Origin: an uncultured bacterium
GTDB lineage: Bacteria; Acidobacteriota; Vicinamibacteria; Vicinamibacterales; UBA2999
DNA length: 64,000 nt
Assembly: GCA_963923455.1 (NCBI GenBank)
Contig: CAWULT010000004.1
Location: forward strand, 16,315 to 80,314
Reading direction: 5' to 3'
How positions within the stretch are numbered: position 1 is the stretch's first letter; each line of letters begins with the position of its first letter. The translations under genes and the position numbers were made by a program. Positions 51,469 to 60,332 of the stretch are shown one piece after another. The notes under the pieces were generated by a model, which saw nothing but the letters and a program-made list of their open reading frames with translations, made no database searches and was not told where the DNA came from.

Positions 51469-52946
<1,478 letters not shown>

Positions 52947-52959
52947 GCGGCGCCCCGGG

Positions 52960-54240
52960 CTACCGGGGCTTGGCGCGCGACACCAGCCGTTCGAGCCTCG
53001 CCAGCACGGCGTCCCAGCGATACTGCTGCTCGACGTAGGCCCGGCCCGCGTCGCCGAGCCTCCGGCGCAGCGCGGAGTCGGCCGCCAGCACCTGCATCGC
53101 CTCGGTGAACTCGTCCCGGCTTCCGTAGTAGAGGCCCGCATGCGCCCGCCGGCAGTGGTCCACCGCGGCCGCGTTGGCGCTGCTCGCCAGCACCGGGGTG
53201 CCGACCGCGAAGCTCTCGAGCACCGGCTGGGCGAGCAGGTCGTCGGAGGCCGGCGTGATCGTCAGGTCGGCCGCCTCGAAGGCGATCATGCGATCCCGGT
53301 CCGGGAGCACGCCTGCCTGGCGGAGGTAGCGCTCGTCGGGCACCTTCATCATCTTGACGCCCATCAGCACGAGGGGCATCTCGCCACCGTGTCCCGCGTA
53401 GGTGTCGAAGTAGTCCAGCATCTCCTCGCAGCCGTTGTCGGGCTCGATCCGGCCACCGTAGAGCGCGAATGGCCCGTAGAGCCGGTGGCGCCGGCGGAAC
53501 GGAACGCCTGGAGCGGTCAGGTACGCGTCCTCGGGGGGAAGGTCCTCCTCGCCATGCTCCGGAGCCGGTTCGTCTTCGTCGACCACCGCGTCGGCGGGGT
53601 CCTGCTGGTGGCGGGGATACGACTGGCGCGGGGGCGGATCGATGCCGATGCCGACGAGTTCGGTTGGGACCGACAGGCCCGGGAACCACGCGCGCAGCAA
53701 CCGGTGCTCGGCGCTCGAGAACAGTCCGAGCGCGCGCGCCGACGCCAGCACGTCGCTCCAGAGCGAGAGGCGCAGCACGTCCCTGTACTGCAGGTACGGA
53801 AACAGCAGACTGCGTTCGGGCGCGATGGCCAGGCCCTGCACCGTCGTTGCGTGGAAGAGCGAGAAGAACAGGATGGCGTCGTAGCTGCGGTGCTGGCGGC
53901 TCAAGTGCTCGAGAAGCCCGGCCGACCACGGCCCGGCTCGCCTGGCCAGATCGAGTTCCTCCTCCCGCGTGTGCGGCTCGGCCAGCAGACGGCGGCGCAC
54001 GGCCGCAACGGCGTCGGGGTCCTCGGCGCTGCCGACCATGAACCGCCGCACGCGAACGCCGCGCACGCGGTCCTGGCCCTCCTGGTACTCGTTGCGCCAC
54101 GTCAGCGGGTCACGCGCGCAGGTGGTCAGGACGTCGACGTCGTGCCGCTGGCTCGCGTGCTCGGCGAGCAACCGGCAGGCGTGTTCGGCCCCAGAAGGGA
54201 TATCGGCGCCGTAGCGGGGAGTGATGAACGCGAGTTTCAT
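52960..54240 (-). CDS. GT4-family (group 1) glycosyltransferase, paralogue B, with acidic insert
   Basis: N-terminus MKLAFITPRYGADIPSGAEH...VLTTCARDPLTWRNEY is paralogous to the upstream gene. C-terminal GT-B half with the E..S.P..ES.AVGTPVLA EX7E-like region. ATGA overlap with the upstream stop. Confidence 0.85.
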   Translation of the reverse strand: MKLAFITPRYGADIPSGAEHACRLLAEHASQRHDVDVLTTCARDPLTWRNEYQEGQDRVRGVRVRRFMVGSAEDPDAVAAVRRRLLAEPHTREEELDLARRAGPWSAGLLEHLSRQHRSYDAILFFSLFHATTVQGLAIAPERSLLFPYLQYRDVLRLSLWSDVLASARALGLFSSAEHRLLRAWFPGLSVPTELVGIGIDPPPRQSYPRHQQDPADAVVDEDEPAPEHGEEDLPPEDAYLTAPGVPFRRRHRLYGPFALYGGRIEPDNGCEEMLDYFDTYAGHGGEMPLVLMGVKMMKVPDERYLRQAGVLPDRDRMIAFEAADLTITPASDDLLAQPVLESFAVGTPVLASSANAAAVDHCRRAHAGLYYGSRDEFTEAMQVLAADSALRRRLGDAGRAYVEQQYRWDAVLARLERLVSRAKPR

Positions 54241-55547
54241 GAGACGGCGTACCGCGAAGGCGCGGCGGCACGCACGGGGCCTGACGGCGCGTCGCGCAGC
54301 ACGGCCGTGGCCGGCGGCAGCGTACGCGCGCGCCTGGCGAACCAGTGCGGCAGCGGCGCCATGGAATGGGCCGGCGGTTCGCCGGCGAGGCGAGAGAACA
54401 TGTCGAGGTAGGCGCGCTCGATGACGGGCCAGCTGTAGTGCTCGGCGTAGTAGCGCCGGCCGCTGGCGCCCATTGCCGCGGCGAGCGGCGCGTCGTCGAG
54501 GACGCGGTCCGCCATGCCGATGAACTCCGCGGACGAGGTGTACGCCAGGCCCGCGTTGCTCCGCAGGCACTGGCCGGCCAGCACGTCGCACCGTCCGTTG
54601 GCGAGCACCGGCCTCCCGAGAGCCCAGGCCTCGAGGGCCGCCATCGACAGACTCTCGTAGTAGGACGGGACGACGACGAGGTCGGCGGCGGCGATCACCG
54701 AGAACTTCTCCTCGTCAGTGACGTAGCCGAGGTGCCGGATCCGCGGGTGCTGCGGAATGGGCATCGTCGGCCTGCCGACGAGGACCAGGTCGATGGATCG
54801 ATCCGAGGCGTGCAGGTACTGCGTGAAGTAATCGAAGAGTTCCGCGCAGCCCTTGTTCGGGTCGATCCGGCCGACGTAGAGCATGAACGGCGCGGTCAGT
54901 CCGAACCGCTGGCGCGCGATGTCGGGTGCTGCCGCGGTCGGCACGTCGGAGCCGATGCCGACGACCACGCCGGGAACGTCGGCATTCGACGTCAGCGCGG
55001 TGATGAGGGCCTGTTCCTCCGGCGTGTTGTACATGACTGCCCGGACCCCTCGGAAAACAGGCCCGAACAGCGCCAGGCCGAGTGCGGGATCGCGCTCGGC
55101 CGTCGGCACCAGCACGGCGCGTCGCCCGGCCGCGCGCGCGGCGTGGTAGGCGCAGTGATACCGGATCGTGAAGATCAGCACGAAGTCGAATTCGTCGCCG
55201 GCCTGACGGACGCGAGCCGTCAGCCGGGGGCAGACGGGTCCCTCGCTGTCGAGCCACCGCAGCTCGTCGGCCAGGGAGTGCCGCTCGTCGAACACGAGTC
55301 GCGAGAGCCGGGCAAACGCCTTCAGGTCGCGTTCGCGCGCCACGGGGAACCGTTCGACCGGGACGCCGTTGACCTGGTCCGCCCCGGCCGGATACTCGTT
55401 GCGCCAGCTCACGTGGTCGCGCGCGCAAGTCGTCAGGACGGTGACTTCGGCATGCGCGGACAGCCGCTCGGCCACGTAGCGCGCGTGCAATTCCGATCCG
55501 GCCCCGATGTCGCTTCCGTACCGCTGCACGACGACAGCGAGCTTCAC
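54237..55547 (-). CDS. GT4-family (group 1) glycosyltransferase, paralogue A
   Basis: MKLAVVVQRYGSDIGAGSELH...VLTTCARDHVSWRNEY, YVGRIDPNKG, PSYYESLSMAALEAWALGRPVLAN (EX7E region). The GTG start overlaps the upstream stop (GTGA). Confidence 0.85.
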   Translation of the reverse strand: MKLAVVVQRYGSDIGAGSELHARYVAERLSAHAEVTVLTTCARDHVSWRNEYPAGADQVNGVPVERFPVARERDLKAFARLSRLVFDERHSLADELRWLDSEGPVCPRLTARVRQAGDEFDFVLIFTIRYHCAYHAARAAGRRAVLVPTAERDPALGLALFGPVFRGVRAVMYNTPEEQALITALTSNADVPGVVVGIGSDVPTAAAPDIARQRFGLTAPFMLYVGRIDPNKGCAELFDYFTQYLHASDRSIDLVLVGRPTMPIPQHPRIRHLGYVTDEEKFSVIAAADLVVVPSYYESLSMAALEAWALGRPVLANGRCDVLAGQCLRSNAGLAYTSSAEFIGMADRVLDDAPLAAAMGASGRRYYAEHYSWPVIERAYLDMFSRLAGEPPAHSMAPLPHWFARRARTLPPATAVLRDAPSGPVRAAAPSRYAVS

Positions 55548-56614
55548 TGCCCGTTCTGGTCCGTGTCCTGCCGTTCCGCCGGCGGTGCGGGTGCCTCGGT
55601 GTCGGCGGCCGGTCTGGGGCGCGCCGGTTCGACCGCCGGGCCCGGCTCGGGCGCCGCCTGGACGCCGCCGGTCTCGGCGCCCTCGTCGCCGGCTTCGGCG
55701 CCGTCGTCCTCGAAATCGCCGTCCGGCGCCTGCGCGTCGGGCGTCGCCTCGGCGCCCCCCTCACCCTGCCCCATGCCGCTCCGGCGTCCGCGGCGCCGCC
55801 GCCGCCGGCGGCGAGTGCCGTCGCCGGCGGCCGCCTCGCTGCCGGTGCCCTCCGCCCGGCCTGCGGCGGGAATCGAAGTGGCGGCCGTGTCCGCCGGTGA
55901 CGGTCGGGCGCTCGCGGGCGGAGCCGTCTCCATGCTTCGCACCCGGCGGTCGTTGAACTCGACCCGCGCGTCCAGGGCCTCGACTCGGGCTGCGAGGCTC
56001 TGCACCTCGACGCTGACACGGGAGATCTCGACGACGAGGCGCTGCAGGATGCCGTAGTGCAGCGCGTTCCACTCCGCCTGCCGGCGTTCCCGCTCCTGCT
56101 CGCGCCGCCCGGCCTCGAGGTTGATTCGGGCCTGCGTGTTCAGCGCCTGGATCAGCGGGTTCGGGTTGAAGAAGAGCTTCAGCACCGGCTGCAGCAGCCG
56201 GCGCATGAACCGGACGAATCCGCTCTGGGACTCGTACAGGGTGTCGTCTTCGAAGCTGAACCCTGTCGAGGGTTCGGGCGCGACGGCGTCCACCGAGGCG
56301 CCCGCGCTTCGCCGAAGCTGCTCGAGGAGCGACGGCTTGACGTTCCTGGGGTCGAGAATCGCCTCGAGCCGCCGCGCTGCCAGCTCCTGGATCTGGGCGT
56401 TCGAGAGCTCTATACCGTGGCGCTGCGCGATGCGGGACCGGATCTCCCGCATGATCTGCTCGACGTCCGCGTGTTCGCCGCGCGGCTCCTGGCGCTGGTG
56501 CTCCGGCCCGTGTGGGGCCTGGCTGCGTCGCTCTCCGCCGCCGCGCTTGTCCGGACCGCGCCGGCGGTGGAAGTGCGGACGGCGGCCGGACGGCTGATTC
56601 TGATCAGTTGGCAT
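55544..56614 (-). CDS. hypothetical coiled-coil protein with basic N-terminus, Arg tract and acidic C-terminus
   Basis: 356 aa. Conserved-looking core (IMREIRSRIAQRH...LYESQSGFVRFMRRLLQPVLKLFFNPNP...) followed by heptad-like coiled coil. Disordered termini. Translationally coupled to the GT genes. Confidence 0.7.
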   Translation of the reverse strand: MPTDQNQPSGRRPHFHRRRGPDKRGGGERRSQAPHGPEHQRQEPRGEHADVEQIMREIRSRIAQRHGIELSNAQIQELAARRLEAILDPRNVKPSLLEQLRRSAGASVDAVAPEPSTGFSFEDDTLYESQSGFVRFMRRLLQPVLKLFFNPNPLIQALNTQARINLEAGRREQERERRQAEWNALHYGILQRLVVEISRVSVEVQSLAARVEALDARVEFNDRRVRSMETAPPASARPSPADTAATSIPAAGRAEGTGSEAAAGDGTRRRRRRRRGRRSGMGQGEGGAEATPDAQAPDGDFEDDGAEAGDEGAETGGVQAAPEPGPAVEPARPRPAADTEAPAPPAERQDTDQNGQ

Positions 56615-56750
56615 GGTCCATTCACTCGTCGACGGCCCGCTCGGGAACGCCGAGCGAAAGGCCGAGCGTCCGTGGCCGTGCAGGCCGCCAGACGCCAGTG
56701 GGCATTGTCCCCGATCGCTCCTCTGCCGGGAAGGGCTCTAATCGGCGGCC

Positions 56751-57632
56751 TCATCGCCCCAGGGGGGTGTACAGAATCAGCCCCACGCTCAGGACCCACA
56801 AAGCCACGCAGACCAGCAGCGGGCGGTCGGACACCAGCATCGCGGAGGGGCTTCCGCCCCCGCGCCGCTGGTGGACCAGGTAGAGATACCGGAAGATGCC
56901 GTAGAGCACGAACGGAATCGTCAGGCCCAGCCGGGACGTGCCGAAACGCTGCGCAGTCTCGGAACTCGTCGCGTACAGGCTGTAGGTGATCACCGTGGAC
57001 GCCGTGACGACGCTGATCATCTGGTCCAGCAGGTAGGGGCTGTAGTGGTCCAGGATGGGCCGGTGGCTCGAGGCGCCATCGGCCAGCAGCACGAGCTCGT
57101 GCCGGCGCTTGCTGAAGGACAGGAACAGGGCGAACAACGTCGTGCACACGAGCAGCCAGTGGCTGATCGGCACCGCCACTGCCACGGCGCCGGCAACGGC
57201 ACGCAGCACGAACCCCCCCGCGATGGTCAGGGCGTCGACGATTACTATGTGCTTGAACAGAAACGAGTAAAGCGTCAGCACCACGACGTAGGCCACGGTG
57301 ACGAGGGCCAGCGTCGGACTGATCCAGAGCGCGCCGGCGATGCCGGAGGCGACGAGCACCACGCCCGCCCCGAGCGCGACGCGCACGGGGAGCTGTCCCG
57401 CGGCGATCGGTCGCGTCCGCTTCAGGGGGTGCTGCTGGTCACCGTGCCGGTCCGCGATGTCGTTGAAGAGGTAGATGGCCGAGGAGAGGCCACAGAAGAT
57501 GACGAACGTGGCCGTGGCCGAGCCGAGCGCAGCCGGGTCGAACAGGCGACCGCCGAACAAGAGGCCAGCGAAGACCAGCAGGTTCTTCGTCCACTGCTCG
57601 GGGCGGAACGACGTGACGAGCGGTGACAGCAC
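56751..57632 (-). CDS. UbiA-superfamily polyprenyl-phosphate phosphoribosyltransferase homologue (decaprenyl-phosphate PRPP transferase-like)
   Basis: RPEQWTKNLLVFAGLLF, NDIADRHGDQQHPLKRTRPIAAG (NDxxDxxxD plus the Rv3806c-like context), second Asp-poor motif, about 8-9 TM helices. GTG start. Confidence 0.8.
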   Translation of the reverse strand: MLSPLVTSFRPEQWTKNLLVFAGLLFGGRLFDPAALGSATATFVIFCGLSSAIYLFNDIADRHGDQQHPLKRTRPIAAGQLPVRVALGAGVVLVASGIAGALWISPTLALVTVAYVVVLTLYSFLFKHIVIVDALTIAGGFVLRAVAGAVAVAVPISHWLLVCTTLFALFLSFSKRRHELVLLADGASSHRPILDHYSPYLLDQMISVVTASTVITYSLYATSSETAQRFGTSRLGLTIPFVLYGIFRYLYLVHQRRGGGSPSAMLVSDRPLLVCVALWVLSVGLILYTPLGR

Positions 57633-57724
57633 TGGATGTTATGAGCGGCCGCCGGGACGCGCTCGGGAGGCGAGGCGTCCGATGGCGATGGAATGGCGCC
57701 TGGGCCCTGGCCCGCAGACCCGGC

Positions 57725-58078
57725 CTAAACCTTGGCGGCGCCCGAGAAGCTTCGGACTGCGTCCGCTTCGTTGTCGTGCGTTTCGAAGACGGTGAGCAGC
57801 TTCGTAATGGACAGCAGATCGGTAATGCGCTTGGTCAGGTTCAGCAGTTTCAGGCTGCCGCCCTGCCGGCTGACGGTCGTGTAGGCGCCAACGATCTGGC
57901 CCAGGCCGGCGCTGTCGATATAGGGCACTTCCGCGAAATTGAGGATGAGCTTCCGCTGCCCCTGCATGATCAGGCTGTTGATCTTGTCCTTGAGGATCTC
58001 GTCACCCTCGCCCAAGGTCATCTTGCCCTTGAGGTCGAGAATGATCACGTCCCCGGCGGATCGTTCCTCGATCTTCAT
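57725..58078 (-). CDS. STAS-domain anti-sigma-factor antagonist (SpoIIAA/RsbV-like)
   Basis: 117 aa: VIILDLKGKM, YIDSAGLG (phosphorylatable Ser context), LKLLNL. RBS GAGGA 4 nt before the ATG. Confidence 0.9.
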   Translation of the reverse strand: MKIEERSAGDVIILDLKGKMTLGEGDEILKDKINSLIMQGQRKLILNFAEVPYIDSAGLGQIVGAYTTVSRQGGSLKLLNLTKRITDLLSITKLLTVFETHDNEADAVRSFSGAAKV

Positions 58079-58198
58079 ATGTCCTCAGTATGCGTGCGGC
58101 CGCGCAAGGGGCGCAAGTTTAGCATACCCAGCCAAGGCCAGCGGGCGTGCGGCCGCTGGCACGCGCGGGCAGACACCCGAGACTGGCTCCTATGCAAC

Positions 58199-58224
58199 AA
58201 GGGCCAGACGCTCGTCTGGCCCTT
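58199..58224 (-). terminator. 10-bp hairpin downstream of the zinc-ribbon gene
   Basis: AAGGGCCAGA-cgctcg-TCTGGCCCTT, about 58 nt after the stop at 58282. No U-tract on either strand. Confidence 0.4.
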
Positions 58225-58281
58225 GTCGTGACCGAACCCGGTCAAGGGGTGTCGGCGTGATCGTCGAGAGCGGCCGAGGCG

Positions 58282-58590
58282 CTAGCCGCCCGCGCCTGCA
58301 AACTTCCGTTGCTGGAAGCATTCCTTGCAGAACACGGGGCGGCCCTGTGTCGGGCGGAAGGGCACGGTGGTGTCCATGCCGCATGCCGAACAGGTGGCCT
58401 GGGTTTCCACCCGGTCGCGTGGGGGGCCCGGGTTCATCGTTGCCCGGTTGGCCCGTTTGGCCTTGCAGGCCTTGCAGCGCTTGGGTTCGTTCTTGAACTG
58501 CTTGTCGGCGAAGAAGAGCTGTTCGCCGGCCGTCCAGATAAACTCAGTACCGCAATCCACACACGTGAGGGACTTGTCCTGGAACTCCAT
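58282..58590 (-). CDS. zinc-ribbon domain protein (duplicated CxxC...CxxC module)
   Basis: 102 aa with two repeats of the C.DCG..F........F......F...P.RC..C pattern (CVDCG...CKAC and CSACG...CKEC). RBS GAGGTGG. Confidence 0.75.
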   Translation of the reverse strand: MEFQDKSLTCVDCGTEFIWTAGEQLFFADKQFKNEPKRCKACKAKRANRATMNPGPPRDRVETQATCSACGMDTTVPFRPTQGRPVFCKECFQQRKFAGAGG

Positions 58591-58631
58591 CGGCCGCCAC
58601 CTCGTGAGCTCGTCGATCGTGCCGTGTCGCG

Positions 58632-58829
58632 CTACTCCGACTCCCGCCGGAGCTTCTTGCGGTTCCTCTTCCGCGCCAGAGCCTGCTTGGCCCGACGCTT
58701 GTCGCCTGGTTTCAGATAGAAAGAGTGCTTCTTGATGTCCTTGATGATGTCTTCCTGCTGAACCTTGCGCTTGAACCGCCGGAGGGCGCTCTCGATCGAC
58801 TCGCCCTCCTGGATCTTGACTTCAGCCAC
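58632..58829 (-). CDS. rpsU: 30S ribosomal protein S21
   Basis: VAEVKIQEGESIESALRRFKRKV...KPGDKRRAKQALARKRNRKK matches the S21 pattern. GTG 58829 is chosen; the track ORF opens at TTG 58859. Confidence 0.88.
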   Translation of the reverse strand: MAEVKIQEGESIESALRRFKRKVQQEDIIKDIKKHSFYLKPGDKRRAKQALARKRNRKKLRRESE

Positions 58830-59048
58830 GCCTGAATACACCCCCTCTGACGGCTGCAAACCTTCCTGTGAACGGCCTCGTAAAGTGGCGAATATGTTAG
58901 GCTATCACAGGCAGGCGCGGATTCTAGGCGGTACACGGCTCTAGGTCAACGAAATTACTCGCGTGCCCCCTCTCGTTTGCACGCGGAGCGCGCCTCGGCC
59001 GAAAGCTCAGCCGTAAGGCGCTGACCTGTAGTCTCTTGGGCTGATTCG

Positions 59049-60332
59049 ATGAAGATCCTTGTCGTCGGGAGCGGTGCCCGCGAGCACGCCCTGGCCTGGA
59101 CCCTGCGCCAGGACCCGACCGTCTCCGAAGTCGTCTGTACTCCAGGAAATCCCGGCATCGCCTCCGTTGCCCGATGCGTACCGGCCGACGTCTCGAGGCC
59201 CGAGCAGGTGCTGGCGGTGGCCGAGTCGGCGGGCGTGGACCTCACCGTCGTCGGGCCAGAGATGCCCCTGAGCAACGGGGTAGTCGACCTGTTCGAGGCC
59301 CGCGGCCGCGCCATCGTCGGTCCCACCCGGGCAGCCGCGGCGCTCGAATGGAGCAAGGCGTTCGCGAAGGACTTCATGGCCCGGCACGGGGTGCCGACCG
59401 CCAGGTTCCATGTCTGCGCCGGCCCTGAGGAGGCGCTGGCCGTCGTGGGCGCCGGAACCTTTGGCTTTCCTCTCGTGATCAAGGCCGATGGCCTGGCCGC
59501 CGGAAAGGGCGTCGTGATCGCGGAGGACCGGGCGGGCGCCGAGGCGGCCGTCCGGTCGATGATGGTCGACCGCCGCTTCGGCGCGGCGGGCGATCGCATC
59601 GTCTTCGAGGAGTTCCTGGTCGGCCAGGAGGCCTCATACTTCGTCCTGTCGGATGGCACGTCGTTCGTGACGTTGTCCTCGGCCCAGGATCACAAGCGCA
59701 TCTTCGACGGTGACCGCGGCCCGAACACGGGCGGCATGGGCGCGTTCGCGCCCAGCCCGCTCGTGACCGAGGCCGTCGAGCGCCGGATCGTCGACGAAAT
59801 CGTGCGCCCCGTGCTCGATGGCATGCGCAGGGAGGGGATGCCGTACCGCGGCTTCCTCTATGTCGGGCTGATGCTGACTGCAGCCGGGCCCAAGGTGATC
59901 GAGTTCAACGTCCGGTTCGGCGACCCGGAGGCGCAGGTGATCCTGCCGATGCTCGGCGAGAGCCTGGCGGCGCTGCTGATGGGTGCCGCGCGGCGCACGC
60001 TGACGCCGCGGGCGGCCGTGTTCAAACCCGAGCGGCTGGTGGGCGTCGTCCTGGCCGCGGGAGGCTATCCGGACGATCCGGAAACGGGACGCGCCGTTGC
60101 CGGCCTCGAGGCCGCGGCCGCCACGCCGGGAGCGATCGTGTTCCACGCCGGCACGAAGATGATCGACGGCGCGCTGGTCACGTCGGGCGGGCGCGTCCTC
60201 ACGGTCGTCGGACGCGGGGCGACCTATGAAGAGGCGATCGAGATCGCCTATCGTGCCGCGGCGCACGTCAGGTTCGACGGCCTCCAGTTCCGCTCAGACA
60301 TCGGCAAGAAGGCGCTGACGATCGCTTCGTGA
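59049..60332 (+). CDS. purD: phosphoribosylamine--glycine ligase
   Basis: MKILVVGSGAREHALAW, ATP-grasp core (VIKADGLAAGKGV), GPNTGGMGA, EFNVRFGDPE, GGRVL.V. Confidence 0.97.
   Translation: MKILVVGSGAREHALAWTLRQDPTVSEVVCTPGNPGIASVARCVPADVSRPEQVLAVAESAGVDLTVVGPEMPLSNGVVDLFEARGRAIVGPTRAAAALEWSKAFAKDFMARHGVPTARFHVCAGPEEALAVVGAGTFGFPLVIKADGLAAGKGVVIAEDRAGAEAAVRSMMVDRRFGAAGDRIVFEEFLVGQEASYFVLSDGTSFVTLSSAQDHKRIFDGDRGPNTGGMGAFAPSPLVTEAVERRIVDEIVRPVLDGMRREGMPYRGFLYVGLMLTAAGPKVIEFNVRFGDPEAQVILPMLGESLAALLMGAARRTLTPRAAVFKPERLVGVVLAAGGYPDDPETGRAVAGLEAAAATPGAIVFHAGTKMIDGALVTSGGRVLTVVGRGATYEEAIEIAYRAAAHVRFDGLQFRSDIGKKALTIAS

Noticed and set aside
55781-55813. A GCC/GCG triplet-repeat-like stretch, which could have been a microsatellite or repeat array.
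   Set aside because: It is in frame within the coiled-coil ORF and encodes the Arg tract (RRRRRRRRGRR). No spacer/repeat periodicity indicative of CRISPR or tandem repeats was seen anywhere in the window.
57700-59050. A visibly lower-GC stretch, which could have been a horizontally acquired islet.
   Set aside because: It contains rpsU and small Lys-rich proteins plus regulatory spacers. There are no integrase, tRNA or direct-repeat boundaries, so the composition is explained by the amino-acid content and intergenic DNA.
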